In this document: positions 52,569 to 64,000 of the stretch, piece after piece
Layout: each line of letters starts with the position of its first letter
How positions within the stretch are numbered: position 1 is the stretch's first letter
Assembly (NCBI GenBank): GCA_051294375.1
Contig: CM119263.1
Span: 11,571,130-11,635,129, forward strand
Origin: Paraspadella gotoi
Lineage: Eukaryota > Animalia > Chaetognatha
DNA: 64,000 nucleotides
Direction: 5' to 3'
Position numbers and translations under genes: made by a program
Notes under the pieces: generated by a model
The model's input: only the letters and a program-made list of their open reading frames with translations
Databases searched by the model: none
What the model was told of the DNA's origin: nothing

Positions 52569-54887
52569 TAATTACTAGATCAACCAAAAATCAATAACCA
52601 CGTTAGATCTCTCTTAACGACTTCTTCTATTTGGTTTTTCTTTGTCTGCTTTATACTTTGGAACCATAAAAACAAAAAAAAATTGACCGGAATAAAACTC
52701 ACAAGAGCGATCAAATGATAGAGTACCTTTTTGGCGGTGTTTGAACCTAAGAATTTATAGGAACTTTTAAGATAAAATCGATTTGAACTAATATTTTTGA
52801 TAATTTTAGTACAAATTTTTAAATAGTATCATAATTATAATTATTATTAATATTTATTTTATTAATATTATTAATAATAACTTTATTATTATAGTGATTA
52901 AATTTAATTAAACTTACTTATTTACCTATTTATTAGTAAATTTTTTTGTTATTTAGCTTAACCTTAACCCTATCTCATATTAAACATGGCAAGTAACTTT
53001 ACTTTAACTTTGAAGTTTTATTAAATAATACTTAGTAATAAAGGTTAATAAGTAATAAAAATAAAATTCTTTTTTAAATAAATTCTTGAAAAAAATAAAT
53101 AAATCTAAATTCAGGTAAAATACTATTTTCTACCTTGCATTAAATACCTATCTGAATTGATTTAATATTACCTGGTCTTTTGCTATTTTTATCGCTTTTT
53201 CAGCTTTTTTAGTGAGAATCTTTATTGTGCAAATCATTCAAATTAAATTATTAAATTAAATTATTATTATAAGAAAAGGTTTTGCAGAATCTAAGGATGA
53301 TATTTTGTAAAAACTTATTTTACTATTTTCATTTTACCAATAATTTATTTATCCAAAACATTTATTCATGATTTGATACTTATTTAATATTTACGTCATT
53401 TTAAAAACTTTGCTTTAAATTAAAAGCAGCTATATATAAATAGAATATGAGAAAGAGTTTAAATAATTTTATAACAATTTATTTTTAACAGTGGACATGT
53501 TTCGACTTTGATTCAAGTCTTCAGCATTTGTGAATTGACAGACAAGTTCAAATTACAGGAAATGAGAGTGAGAGAGAGAGAGAGAAAGAGAAAGAGAGAA
53601 AAAGAAAAGAGAGAGGGAAAGGTTACAAACAATCTCTGGTCTAAACTTACCCTGTCCTCAACTTTAACCACTGTCAAAATCTTTATTGGTAACCTTTCCC
53701 TCTCTCTCTCTCACACACATTTCCTGTAATTTGAAATTGTCTGTCAATTCACAAGTGCGCAATACCCGACTAAATGCCCTCCAGATTGTAACCCACTCTA
53801 TACTGTTTTCAGTAGAGAGAAGGGAGCAATCTTCAGCAAAGTCTAGGAGCCTGGAATAAGGTCAGAATACACTCGACAAGATGAGTTTACCAGTGTGGAT
53901 ACTGGATAGTGTGCTAAAGATTTTTATCCATATCTTTTGTGCCCCCTCAGCAGAAATGGAATAGGTCCTAAGCTTTGAACCAGGCTCAAATATTTAGTCA
54001 TTACTTTAATATAAGGGAAATATTTTAAAATGATATAAATATCAAATAAGTAATAATAAATCATGAATAAGTGTTTTGAATAAATAAATTAATAACAAAA
54101 TGAGAATCATCTAATGTATTTTTAGATCCTGTTTAACCTTTTAGGTAAGAATTTAATTTGAATGATTTGCATAAAAGAGTTTCCCACAAAAAAGCAGAAA
54201 AAGCGATAAAAACAATGAAAATTCAGAAAATTCAGATACTGATATAATTCAAGGTTATAGATTCTTTTTTACCTGAATTTAGATTTATTTATTTTATAAT
54301 TAATATTTTTAATTTTCAAGAATTAATTTAAAAAATAATTTTTATCAAAAATTAAAAATTTATTTTGTTATATCTCATATTTATTACTTATTAACATTTA
54401 TTACTAAGTATTATAAAGGTTTTTTTAATAAAACTTAAAATTTAAGTAAAACGGGCTGAATGGCCATGTTTAATATGAGATAGTGTAAAGGGTAAGCCAA
54501 ATAAAAAAAAAATACTATTAAATAAGTTAATAAACAAATTTAATTAAATTTAGTCAATATAATAATATTATTATTATTAAAAAAATTAATAAAAATCGTC
54601 AAATTAATATTAATAGTAATTATGATACTAATCAAAAATTGATCTTAAAATTATCTAAAATATATGATTAAAATCGATTTTATCTTTAAAGTGACTATAA
54701 ATTATTATGTTCAAATACCACAAAAAAGGGGATTGTACTCTATCATTTGATCGATCGAGTTTTATTCCGGTCAATTTTTTTTGTTTTTATGGTTCCAATT
54801 TATAGAGCAGACAAAGAAAAAACAAATAGAAGAAGTCGTTAAGAGAGATCTCGTGTGGTTATTGATTTTTGGTAGATCTACTAATTA
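52569..54887. mobile_element. Foldback/MITE-like element, ~2.3 kb with ~0.7 kb imperfect inverted arms
   Basis: 52569-53260 is the reverse complement of ~54150-54887, e.g. AGATCTCTCTTAACGACTTCTTCTATTTG / CAAATAGAAGAAGTCGTTAAGAGAGATCT and TTGACCGGAATAAAACTC / GAGTTTTATTCCGGTCAA. No transposase ORF. Confidence 0.8.
53528..53755. repeat. Nested inverted repeat (hairpin) inside the foldback spacer
   Basis: TTGTGAATTGACAGACAAGTTCAAATTACAGGAAATG..(GA)n..GAGAGGGAAAGGTTAC pairs with GTAACCTTTCCCTCTC..CATTTCCTGTAATTTGAAATTGTCTGTCAATTCACAA. Confidence 0.85.
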
Positions 54888-54950
54888 CCCTAACACTAAA
54901 CCCTTCTAACCCTAACCACCCTTAATCCTAAACCACCCTAAACCCTTAAA
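54888..54950 (-). repeat. Degenerate (CCCTAA)n tract
   Basis: CCCTAAC/CCCTAAA-like units abutting the right foldback arm. Confidence 0.6.
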
Positions 54951-57458
54951 TAAGGTAAGTAAATTAACTTTAAAATAAATATTTTTATAAATACAGGACA
55001 GTTTCGCTAGAATTTGATGGAAAATATTCTTTTGATTGGCTGCTTATGATCTCTAAAATAAAGGAAGTTAGTTTAAATGAAAAAAAAGACACCTTTAAAA
55101 TAAAATATTTATTTTTATTCTTGCGAAATGTAAATGCTTCCAGCAACTACAAATTAAAATGATAACAACCTCCACAATCCCAAAATCTACAAATACAGAA
55201 CGATAGCCCTATTTTAGATAAAAAAATATATTTAAAAACCTTAGAAAAAAGAAAATGCAAAAAAAAACAACAAAAAAACAAGGAAACATTTAGCAGCACA
55301 CAGTTTGACAACGATAATGAACGAAAGAACAACAACGATCAAGTTTACATATGATCACATAACGAAAAGGAACAAAGAGAACAACGAAATCGATGAGTCA
55401 ACGGAAGTTGAGTGGTGCGCGAAGGGCGTTGACTTCGGCGTGGGTGGGTGGAGCTTCGGCCATTACTGCGTTGGCGTTCTCCAAGACATTCTCCTCCGGT
55501 GAGAAGGTAAAAAAAAAGTTGCGCCGTTTGATGAGCCGCGGGAAGAGAGAGAGGGAGAGAGACACAGAGAGTTAGGGAGAGAGAGAGAGAGAGAGAGAGT
55601 GCGAATCAGTGAGATAAAGCTTACAACAAAGGGTGAAGCCAGCTGAAGTTTTAGGTCAGGTGGAAAAGAAAAAAAGAAAATGAAAGGTCAAAGGAAAAAT
55701 AATGCAGAGGTAATAAATTAAATGCAATGTAAACTAAGTGAAATTAATGACAACAACAACATTTGAAATAAATTATAGTTTTTAATAGTTTGCCTTTCCC
55801 TCAACCCTTTGTTGGAAGCTTTAACTCACTGATTCACTCTCCCTCTCGCTCCCTTTCTCTCTCTCCCTCTCACTCTTCAATTTTTGACTTGCTAAAGCTT
55901 AACATTTCAAAACTGTCTAATGGACTAATGAAGAACAAAATATTATTGTTTAAAACATGTCTGCATCTAAGAATATTAAAAATTCGGTGTGAAAATCAAA
56001 ATCTATATATCTATATATTTTTGATTTAACATTTTATAAAGAATTTGAATCTTTATTAAAGTTTAAAAAAAGATTTTTAAAATTTATTATTCTATAAGAA
56101 TATTACTCCAAATATATTGTATTTTTTTACTATTCTCTTCCTGAGATAATAAGAACAAAATATTTTTTGTACTAGTTAATCATACTATCTAACGCCTAAA
56201 TATCCTTGTTTGATCAATCAAATAATTTTTTTTGATCTTGAGAGCTCCACTCTAGTACCCAGGAGCAAACTTCCGGATTTTGTCTTATCAACTTTTACTG
56301 TTATCTACAAAATTAAAAAGCTAGAATTTTTCACGTTTTTTCTAACCCGTTCAGTAATTCTAAAAGCAAGATCGTACATCATATAATATAGATCTAATTT
56401 TAATTAATAACTTCTCTAATCTAAATAAATAATAATAAATAATAAATAATTTTCGGGAGACGTCTGAAGACTTATTTTTTATTGAGCTGAAAGTTAACGC
56501 AAAAAACAATCACGTTGCGTTCATTGAAAAAATTTTATTTGTGCAAATTTTATTTTCGAGAGAATTCGCAGTAAATTTACTTCTTAAAAAAAGTAAAACA
56601 AGATAATCTTCATGGTTCCCCAAAACTAAGACAAAAATGCTATTTGCGATACATATTATTACGATCACGGTAATTCAAGGTATCCCACCGCGAGATGTCG
56701 CTTCCGCCTTCGTCTTTTCATTTATCCGCGTATCGAGTATCCTCCTATCTTCGAGTTGCTTGTTTTATGAACAATGTTCATTGAACAGAATTTAACATTT
56801 TTTACAATACGAAAGTCTGCAATGAAAGTCTTTTGTCCTTTTACATCCTTTTACAACCTCACGCATAGAAGCAATTTATAACAATTTATAAGAAATGCTT
56901 AAAAAATGTTTTAATAAATTAAAATTTTTAAAAATGGATTCTGATAAAGATTAAAAAGTTAGATAAAGGTTAATATTACAAATTTTAAAAATTTTAATGA
57001 TAAATGGGTTAAAATTGGAAAAAACCTTAAAAAATCATCATCCTCATCATCATTCAATAAATTTGATATTTTTTGTTAATTTTCATAGACAAATCATTAA
57101 AATTTCAAAAAGTTGTAGTAACCTTCATCAGAAACCGAAAAAAAAAGAAATTAAAGTTTATTAAAAAAAATTTAACTATAAGGTAAATCTTAGATTTTTT
57201 TTAAATTTTCGCGATCTAAACACATTAACAATATTTATACCGGATTTTTGTTAATTTGTTACCTTTTCCGCCTTAATGAACATCTCAGACTTTTTACGTG
57301 AAGTAGTTCTGAAACCGGTATATACGTACTTCAGGTACTCCAGGTTTGCAGTCTCTGTCCCTTAATGAAACAAAATCAATTATTTCCTAAATAATTTACG
57401 TACATATGTAATTTTTTATATAATAACCTACCCAAATTTTTTATACGTAAGGATATAG

Positions 57459-58212
57459 AAAATGTTTGAGCAAACAATGCCGGATCTTCCTACGATTATT
57501 AAGCAGTAAGCATCTAATCAGATGATAAAGAGTTCTTGACATTTTATTAGTGGTTCTAATTTTAACATTAGCGTTTTTATTTTTATTATATTTTATTAGT
57601 ATATTTTTTACTTATCGTCTTCCAGTCTTTTACAACATTAGTGTTTTTTATTAATTTGTTAATATTGTTTTTGGTATTCATAAAAAAAAAATCAGATGAT
57701 AAGCTAATCATTAAGCAGTAAGAATTTCATCAGATGATAAGCTAATCATTAAGCGGTAAGCATTTAATCAGATGATAATGTAATCATAAAGCGGTAAGCA
57801 TCTAATCAGATAGCAATAATTAATTTTACTATCTCTTTTTTATTTAATACAATTTTTTTATAAACTTAAAAGAAAATAAAACAAAATTTAACAGTCAAAC
57901 CTGATTTTTGTTTTTTTCCATTTAAATTTATTTCATCTTTGATGATTTCATCGAAACTTGAGTTCCAGCTTAATCAAACACTTTTTACCCACATACAATC
58001 ACCCGAGTTTTTGGCGTTCAAAGCTAAGGGGTGGTTGACTGACGGACGGACGGTAGGACATCAATTTATTTGCATAATTTATAATAATTTGATGTTCTGA
58101 CATGATCTGAATGATTTACCGACAAGATTTTAGGATGGGACCGACCGACCGACAAAGTATAGAACCGGAAAGTATAGAACCGGAATCTGCTGTATGATGT
58201 TCCGGCTAAAAA
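57459..58212 (-). mobile_element. Second HINE-like element, same family as 42374-43395, with a ~36 bp internal tandem repeat (57690-57812)
   Basis: Reverse strand begins TTTTTAGCCGGAAC..TTCCGGTTCTATA..GTCGGTCGGTCGGTCCC. It shares the internal GTGGGTA..AAAGTGT(G/T)TGATTAAGC..GTTTCGATG block and the terminal CATTGTTTGCTCAAAC. Confidence 0.65.
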
Positions 58213-58574
58213 TTGGACGCGATGTCACTTTTTTAACCAATTATACTTTAACCTTCGATTTTTGAAGAATATAAGGAGCCCAAGATGGCAAGCCTGTGAG
58301 ATAGCTGGACTTGTAAAAAAATTTGGCTGCCGCCACGCAGCTATGCCAAAGTCTTGCCTCCTCGGGAGTAACTCCTTAGTTTCCAAATGCGAAATGGTAA
58401 GACTAAAAACAAATAATTAACCTGAATTTAAAAAGCAATGCTAAAGGGCAGCCACTCCCTCAATGTCGTCACATCTGCATGGCGTTTTCTGAATTTGAGG
58501 GTTAATTCTGGTCAGGAACAAAAAAATCGGGGCGCCATCTTGACGCTACACTAGAATGGATCACTATTTTCCGA

Positions 58575-58818
58575 AAGCGTCCCATTTCTCTTTCTAATCC
58601 CTGAATTTACTTTTATTTTTTAAATACTTATTCTAATCCTTAGCCCTATTCCCTAAACTTAACCAAATCCTTGACCCTAATATTTAATGCAAATTCTTAA
58701 TCATTAACCTTATCTGTTAACAATGGGTCTTAATCGTTAACCCTAATCCTAACCAAAACTTTAGCCAAATCCCTAACCTAACCCCTAGCCTTAATCTTTA
58801 ACCTAATTCTATAACCAT
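58575..58818 (-). repeat. Degenerate (CCCTAA)n tract with a conserved flank
   Basis: Many CCCTAA/CCTTAA/CTTAAC variants; flank homologous to ~48250-48280. Confidence 0.6.
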
Positions 58819-60936
58819 AATATAATAAGTTAAAATACAATGTCTACCTCTCAATTTTTAAACCTAAAAACAAATTATGTATATTTATGGATATTTTTTT
58901 TATGTGGCGGATAAGAAACTGATCTTAATAAAAGATACTGTAGGAAGTAAGCGGAGTTTATTACGGAGAAAATAGAGGAGTCATATTAACACAAACTAGG
59001 AGATAATGATAATGATAATATAGAATATATAATGATATTATCAGTTAAATTATCATATTAAAACAAACTTAAATCATACTTTTAAAAAATACCTAGGCAG
59101 AAAAAACTATGGCTTGATCATTCTTTAATTCACTCAACTCTATTGAGGACTATTTGAAAGATTTTGATTGGCCGATTTTTTTGTTTATTTTTTTTTGTTT
59201 AATTTTTGTCTTTGTTTTTTTTTATATTTTTTTTTTTCGATTCAATTTTTCGATAGTAAAATTCGATTGTACAAAAATGATATCGTTTCAAAAATAACAA
59301 AAAAAAAACGAATTGTTTCTTCGAACAAAAATTAGGAAGAAATACTGGCGACGTGGAAGTCGAGTAACAACAACTTAATGCGGCAGTTCTGAACGACTGC
59401 GAAGCGGACCAATAAACTAGAGAATCGGGAAAGGTGGATCAAAGGGTGGAGCGAAAACAGACATCGGCGGGGGTGCGCCCGCGGGTGTCGCGGGCCGTTG
59501 CCGGGCAATTTCGTGTTTATTCCCGGCACTTTGCCTTTGCCTTTGTTTGGGAAGAGGATTTTCCAAGTAGGTGTCTGGCCGGTACCGGTTCTTGAGTTTA
59601 GCACGGCAAGAGCGCGAGAACAATGACTTGACCCGTGAATCATCACGAAGCCAAATAAAAAATTCATTTGAAATTCTAAAGAAAATTTGAAAAGGCAAAA
59701 TATGTTGTGCTTCTCACTCCTTCGAAGAAAAAAAATTATTCCTTTACCAAAATGAATATCCTTTTCCAAGGTAAAAATAAATCTGTGACAAACCAGTCAG
59801 CCACGAATGTTGCCAGGCGAAAAGTGGTTCTCGCGTTTTATCGATTCTGCCCTCAGATTTCCTCCTGCATCAGGATTGAGTCGAATGTCGATGTTTGCTT
59901 CTCTTTCAGAGGAAAACAAATGGAGGAAACATCGTTTCTAATTTGAAACTAAGAGAGCGTACAATTAAAGTCCGATTTTGAGGTAATGAGAGCTTTGAGT
60001 TAGAGGTAAAGTCCGATTTGATATTATGTATGCATTTAATTGTATTTATTTTGTGAATTCTAAATTGGAGAGAGTCGAGCTTTTATGAACTTGTGTTTAA
60101 GCCATTGTGATTGTGATTTTCCTATATTTTTTTCTTTGAAACCCACGTAAGTTTCGTTTTCTGTTCTTCTTTTTAAAATATACGTTTCTTCAGGAATTTA
60201 CACTGACAAGAAGTGACACAGCATGTGTCAGAGGAATATATACACTTATACACTTATACACTCGCAAACAATGACTTTGTGCATATTAAATTTGGATTTG
60301 TCATTTTAAAAGTTTAACCGTTGGTAATAAAATCCAAACCTATTTTGTACAGTAGTATAATGCCAACTGCACGTTATAGGTTAAATTTTTACTATAATAG
60401 AAAAATTGAAATCCGAGGGAAAAAGTTCGTGAAATTAAAACCGAATTAAAAAAAAAAGAATCGAAGGAAGAAATAGGAAAAAAAGACCAGCATCAGCGAA
60501 ATCTTTGGCAAAGAGAGAGCACTCGGCGGTGAGGAGAACCGAAGTGAGGTGAGGTTCCTCGCAAGAGTATCCTAACTCACCTCAAAACCAAATTTGTATT
60601 TTTTTAAGTCGCCCCAAAGAAATATGGCTGCGGATCAATCGAAAATGTTTTTGTTTCCTACATTATTATTGAGTTTCAGTTTCACTTTCAACGAATGAAA
60701 AATAAATTTAGCCATTGAAAAAAAAAATCGTATTTCATTTAGCAAAACATTGCTGGCGGGGAGAATAAATAGTTATTTTATGTATTTTGCTCGTGAATAA
60801 TGTTGGATTTCCATTACCCGACCTTATAAAACCCGAAAAACCGATTTTTTTTCCGCGCTACGTCGCCAAAAACATTTTCAGAGAATCGATCTCGAATCTC
60901 GTGCGCCGCGCCGTCGTCTCGCAGGAGAAAAGAGAG

Positions 60937-60940
<4 letters not shown>

Positions 60941-60991
<51 letters not shown>
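60941..60991. repeat. (GA)n microsatellite
   Basis: Perfect AG run. Confidence 0.95.
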
Positions 60992-60992
<1 letters not shown>

Positions 60993-62817
60993 GGTGTGAG
61001 GAAGTCCGAACACACCCAAGCCCACTTGAGAAGCCAGGTGAGTCACTACGGTAGCCTAAAAATTCGAGAAATATCCTTATATCAATATGTAAACCGAAGT
61101 TAAAGTATTTTCTAGTATACAAGGCTATTTTTCTAAAATAATATATACATAAAATACATAGGTTTTTTTTAAATGCTTAAATTGAAACGAAGGTTTTTAC
61201 GCAATTTTAAATAGGTTCAGTTCTGATGACCTTTATTACGTTATATGGCATGTGATATGAGAGAAAACAAGAAACGCCAAAGCATTTCATCGTGGCAGCT
61301 TTGCTCGACCAGCGGCAGCTCTTATATACCACAGAAAAGCGGCAGAAACTCGGTGAGACACAAAATTCTCATTTATAAATTGCGCACTAGTCTTTCAAAA
61401 ACTCTCTGTAACTGTATGACCTCGTCGATCACTCAAGATTTATAAATATTGAAAAAAAATTTATACAACCCTCCCGAAAGACAACCGAAAACAAAAAATT
61501 AAATCCGATAATCAATGGAGTTTGCCAGTTGGCCACACTTTTTTCGTATCCAGCTCGGAATAGAACAAATAAAATATTTTTTCCGAAAACGCGGCAATCC
61601 TGACGGTTTCGGCGGTCGCAACGGGTTATTTTACCAACAGATTTCGTTGCGAAATTTGAGAAAAGTTAGTTTTCGTTTTGCGAGAAAAATCGATGGAAGA
61701 AAGAGGAGAGAGAGAAGAGAGAGAGAGAGAAGAGAGAAGAGAGAGAGAGAGAGAGAGAGTTTGTGTGTGTCCCACTTCGTCTCCCCCGCGAATTTTAACC
61801 GGGAACTCTTCCCGCCTTTCGATGCGCAGCACGACGTTCGGCCGCAGCACGAAAAAGATGCTGCAGCAGTAGTAGCAGCTGCGGTAGCGCTTGCTGCAAC
61901 CTGCCGCGAGAAGAAGAGCAGGTAAGTTTCCTTGATTGGAAAGCGCGGAGGCGAAAGCGAGAGAGCGAAAGAGCGAGAGAGCGAAAAAGCGAAAGAAAGG
62001 ATTAGGTATGTATAAATCATAAGATGAGATTGAGGTTTAGTGGAGTTTCATTCTGGTTTAACAAAAAAAAATTAAAAATTATTTACTTTGCAGTTATAAA
62101 ACCATTATAGGCACCTTACAAAATTTTTAAATTTTTAAAAAAATTACTGACTTTTCTATAAGACAGACAGACAATTTGTAAAAAAACTGACTGACCGACC
62201 GAAAAGAATCTTTCTTAGCCGCGGCAAACCGAATCTTTAAATGTGAAATAATATACCTCGGTTTTTGTCAGAAGAGTACAATGAGGGGGATGAGGGTAAA
62301 AGCAAGAGAAAGGGAGATTTTAAACTTTTTCGTACGCCTTCAGAGGCATGCAATTATTTCTTTTTTTCGTTGCCATACTGACAGTTTTATATGAACAAAA
62401 GAAAAGGACGAAAAACCGATGGCGCTCATTTGATAACGTGAGCTAATCGATGATCGGCTCCAATGGAAGAAAGGATGATGATCGCGACCCAAATCGAAAT
62501 ATGCAAGAGGACGCTCAAGTCTCAAGTTCGGATCGAAAGAGCGCAATTTCGAGGCTCGAGTGGTCAAGGTTAGGATGAGAACCAATTGACAGGGATTGAT
62601 GGGTTTACAAGCGAAACGGTTATATTAGTGCTTCGTGCTTTTTACTCTCTCTCCGACAAGGCAGAAAAAATTTCTTTTTTAGTTGAAGGTTTTATTATTT
62701 ATATAAAGAAAAAACGGAATATTCTCTTTGTAAAGTTGGGTTGCTGATGAGAGGGTCATAGTCGAACCGAGCAAGAGAGAGATAAAACGTAAATTTTGTC
62801 ACCAAAGCTGCGGAGGT

Positions 62818-62924
<107 letters not shown>

Positions 62925-64000
62925 TTATAAAACAACGTTGCGCCAGGATGACGCGGAGTGCAGCGGCCTGCTGCAGCAGAACCCCAAGTAGCATACTAAA
63001 AAAATGTGGACGCTGCGGCAGCAGGAGTATATTTACTCTGGACAAGCAAAATGTCTGAAGCAGCTTTTTTTGAAGGACAAAAAAAAAAAAATAGTGGTAA
63101 AAAAAGAGGGGAGAAAAGAGAGTGAAATTGAGGCTGGATCAGGAATTTTAAAAGGGTTTTACATGGGAGGCAGCAGAAACAGGTGGAGGACTGAAGGGAG
63201 ATTGGGTGTGGCTGTTGCAAATTATTGCCACGTAGCATCAGTGGACGATCGTAGATTAAGAGGGCGCGGAGGTGGATGCTTCACGTTCCTACAAATATAT
63301 TTTGTATTCAAAATCCAATCATATGAAAATTGAAAAATTACCTGAACTACTATGTTAGATTATTTTATCTTATCTTTTATTTTATTTTATCTTTCTTGTC
63401 GCAAATAAGCGTTTTTATAGTAATATGTATGAAATTGGTACAACCAATATATAATAAACTAAAATTTTAAAATGAACATTTTATAATTTTAAGACCCTAT
63501 TTGACTTCCTTTAAAAAATTTTTTTGACAATTTTGACTAACTTAATGTCTAAATTTTTAACTATAGCTTATACTTTCTTAAATCAATTTTTTATCAGGAT
63601 TTCAAATCCGTTCCTAAAATTGAAAAATATCATTTTAAAATTTTAGCTGATTATGCACAATATACAGGTTTTTGACTTAAAACTTACCCCTAATAAGAAA
63701 ATCTACTACTTCCTTCAAGTTACTGCAGCATAGTGCAGCTTAAGATAAAAACAATTTGAGGTACTAACTGATTGATATTGCTTGCTATATAATTTTAGCT
63801 TTTGCTAGAAATTTAATTTTTTAGTTGATAATTCCTTTTAGGGTATACTAACAGTCCCACAAGGTATAAATTCTTTATCTGATTAATTACAGAAGTTACA
63901 AAGGATTGCGAATATTCATTTACGTAGTTGATTTTTAATCATTTCGGCGAGGTGCAATCATGACTCCTTGCTTTCGTTTGCTTCCAATACTAATCTTTTT

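Overview
Eukaryotic DNA from an AT-rich bilaterian invertebrate draft assembly, with spliceosomal introns, (GA)n microsatellites and N gaps. There are no prokaryotic features. Bases 1-8.2 kb are mostly assembly noise: a ~3.5 kb block appears twice with scattered indels, plus a third inverted partial copy, separated by 25-N gaps. Four recognisable genes follow, all on the + strand: (1) an E93/Mblk-1/LCOR-family two-HTH_psq transcription factor (~12.2-29.1 kb, 11.7 kb intron); (2) an intronless CCT2 (33757-35370); (3) a TFCP2/LSF/gemini CP2-family factor starting 446 bp later (35817-38673); (4) a ZDHHC9/14/18-type ('approximated') palmitoyltransferase (41014-50913). The most striking signal is in the ZDHHC gene. 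A U12-type AT-AC donor is followed by two homologous 103-nt exons encoding the last TM helix and TTxE motif. Each has a U12 branch point with an AC acceptor and a U2 GT donor, which implies mutually exclusive exons enforced by spliceosome incompatibility. Also present: a Penelope GIY-YIG remnant with an inversion, two Helentron-type non-autonomous elements, a 2.3 kb foldback with a nested hairpin, and telomere-like tracts. All gene models were built by eye from splice signals and reading phase.
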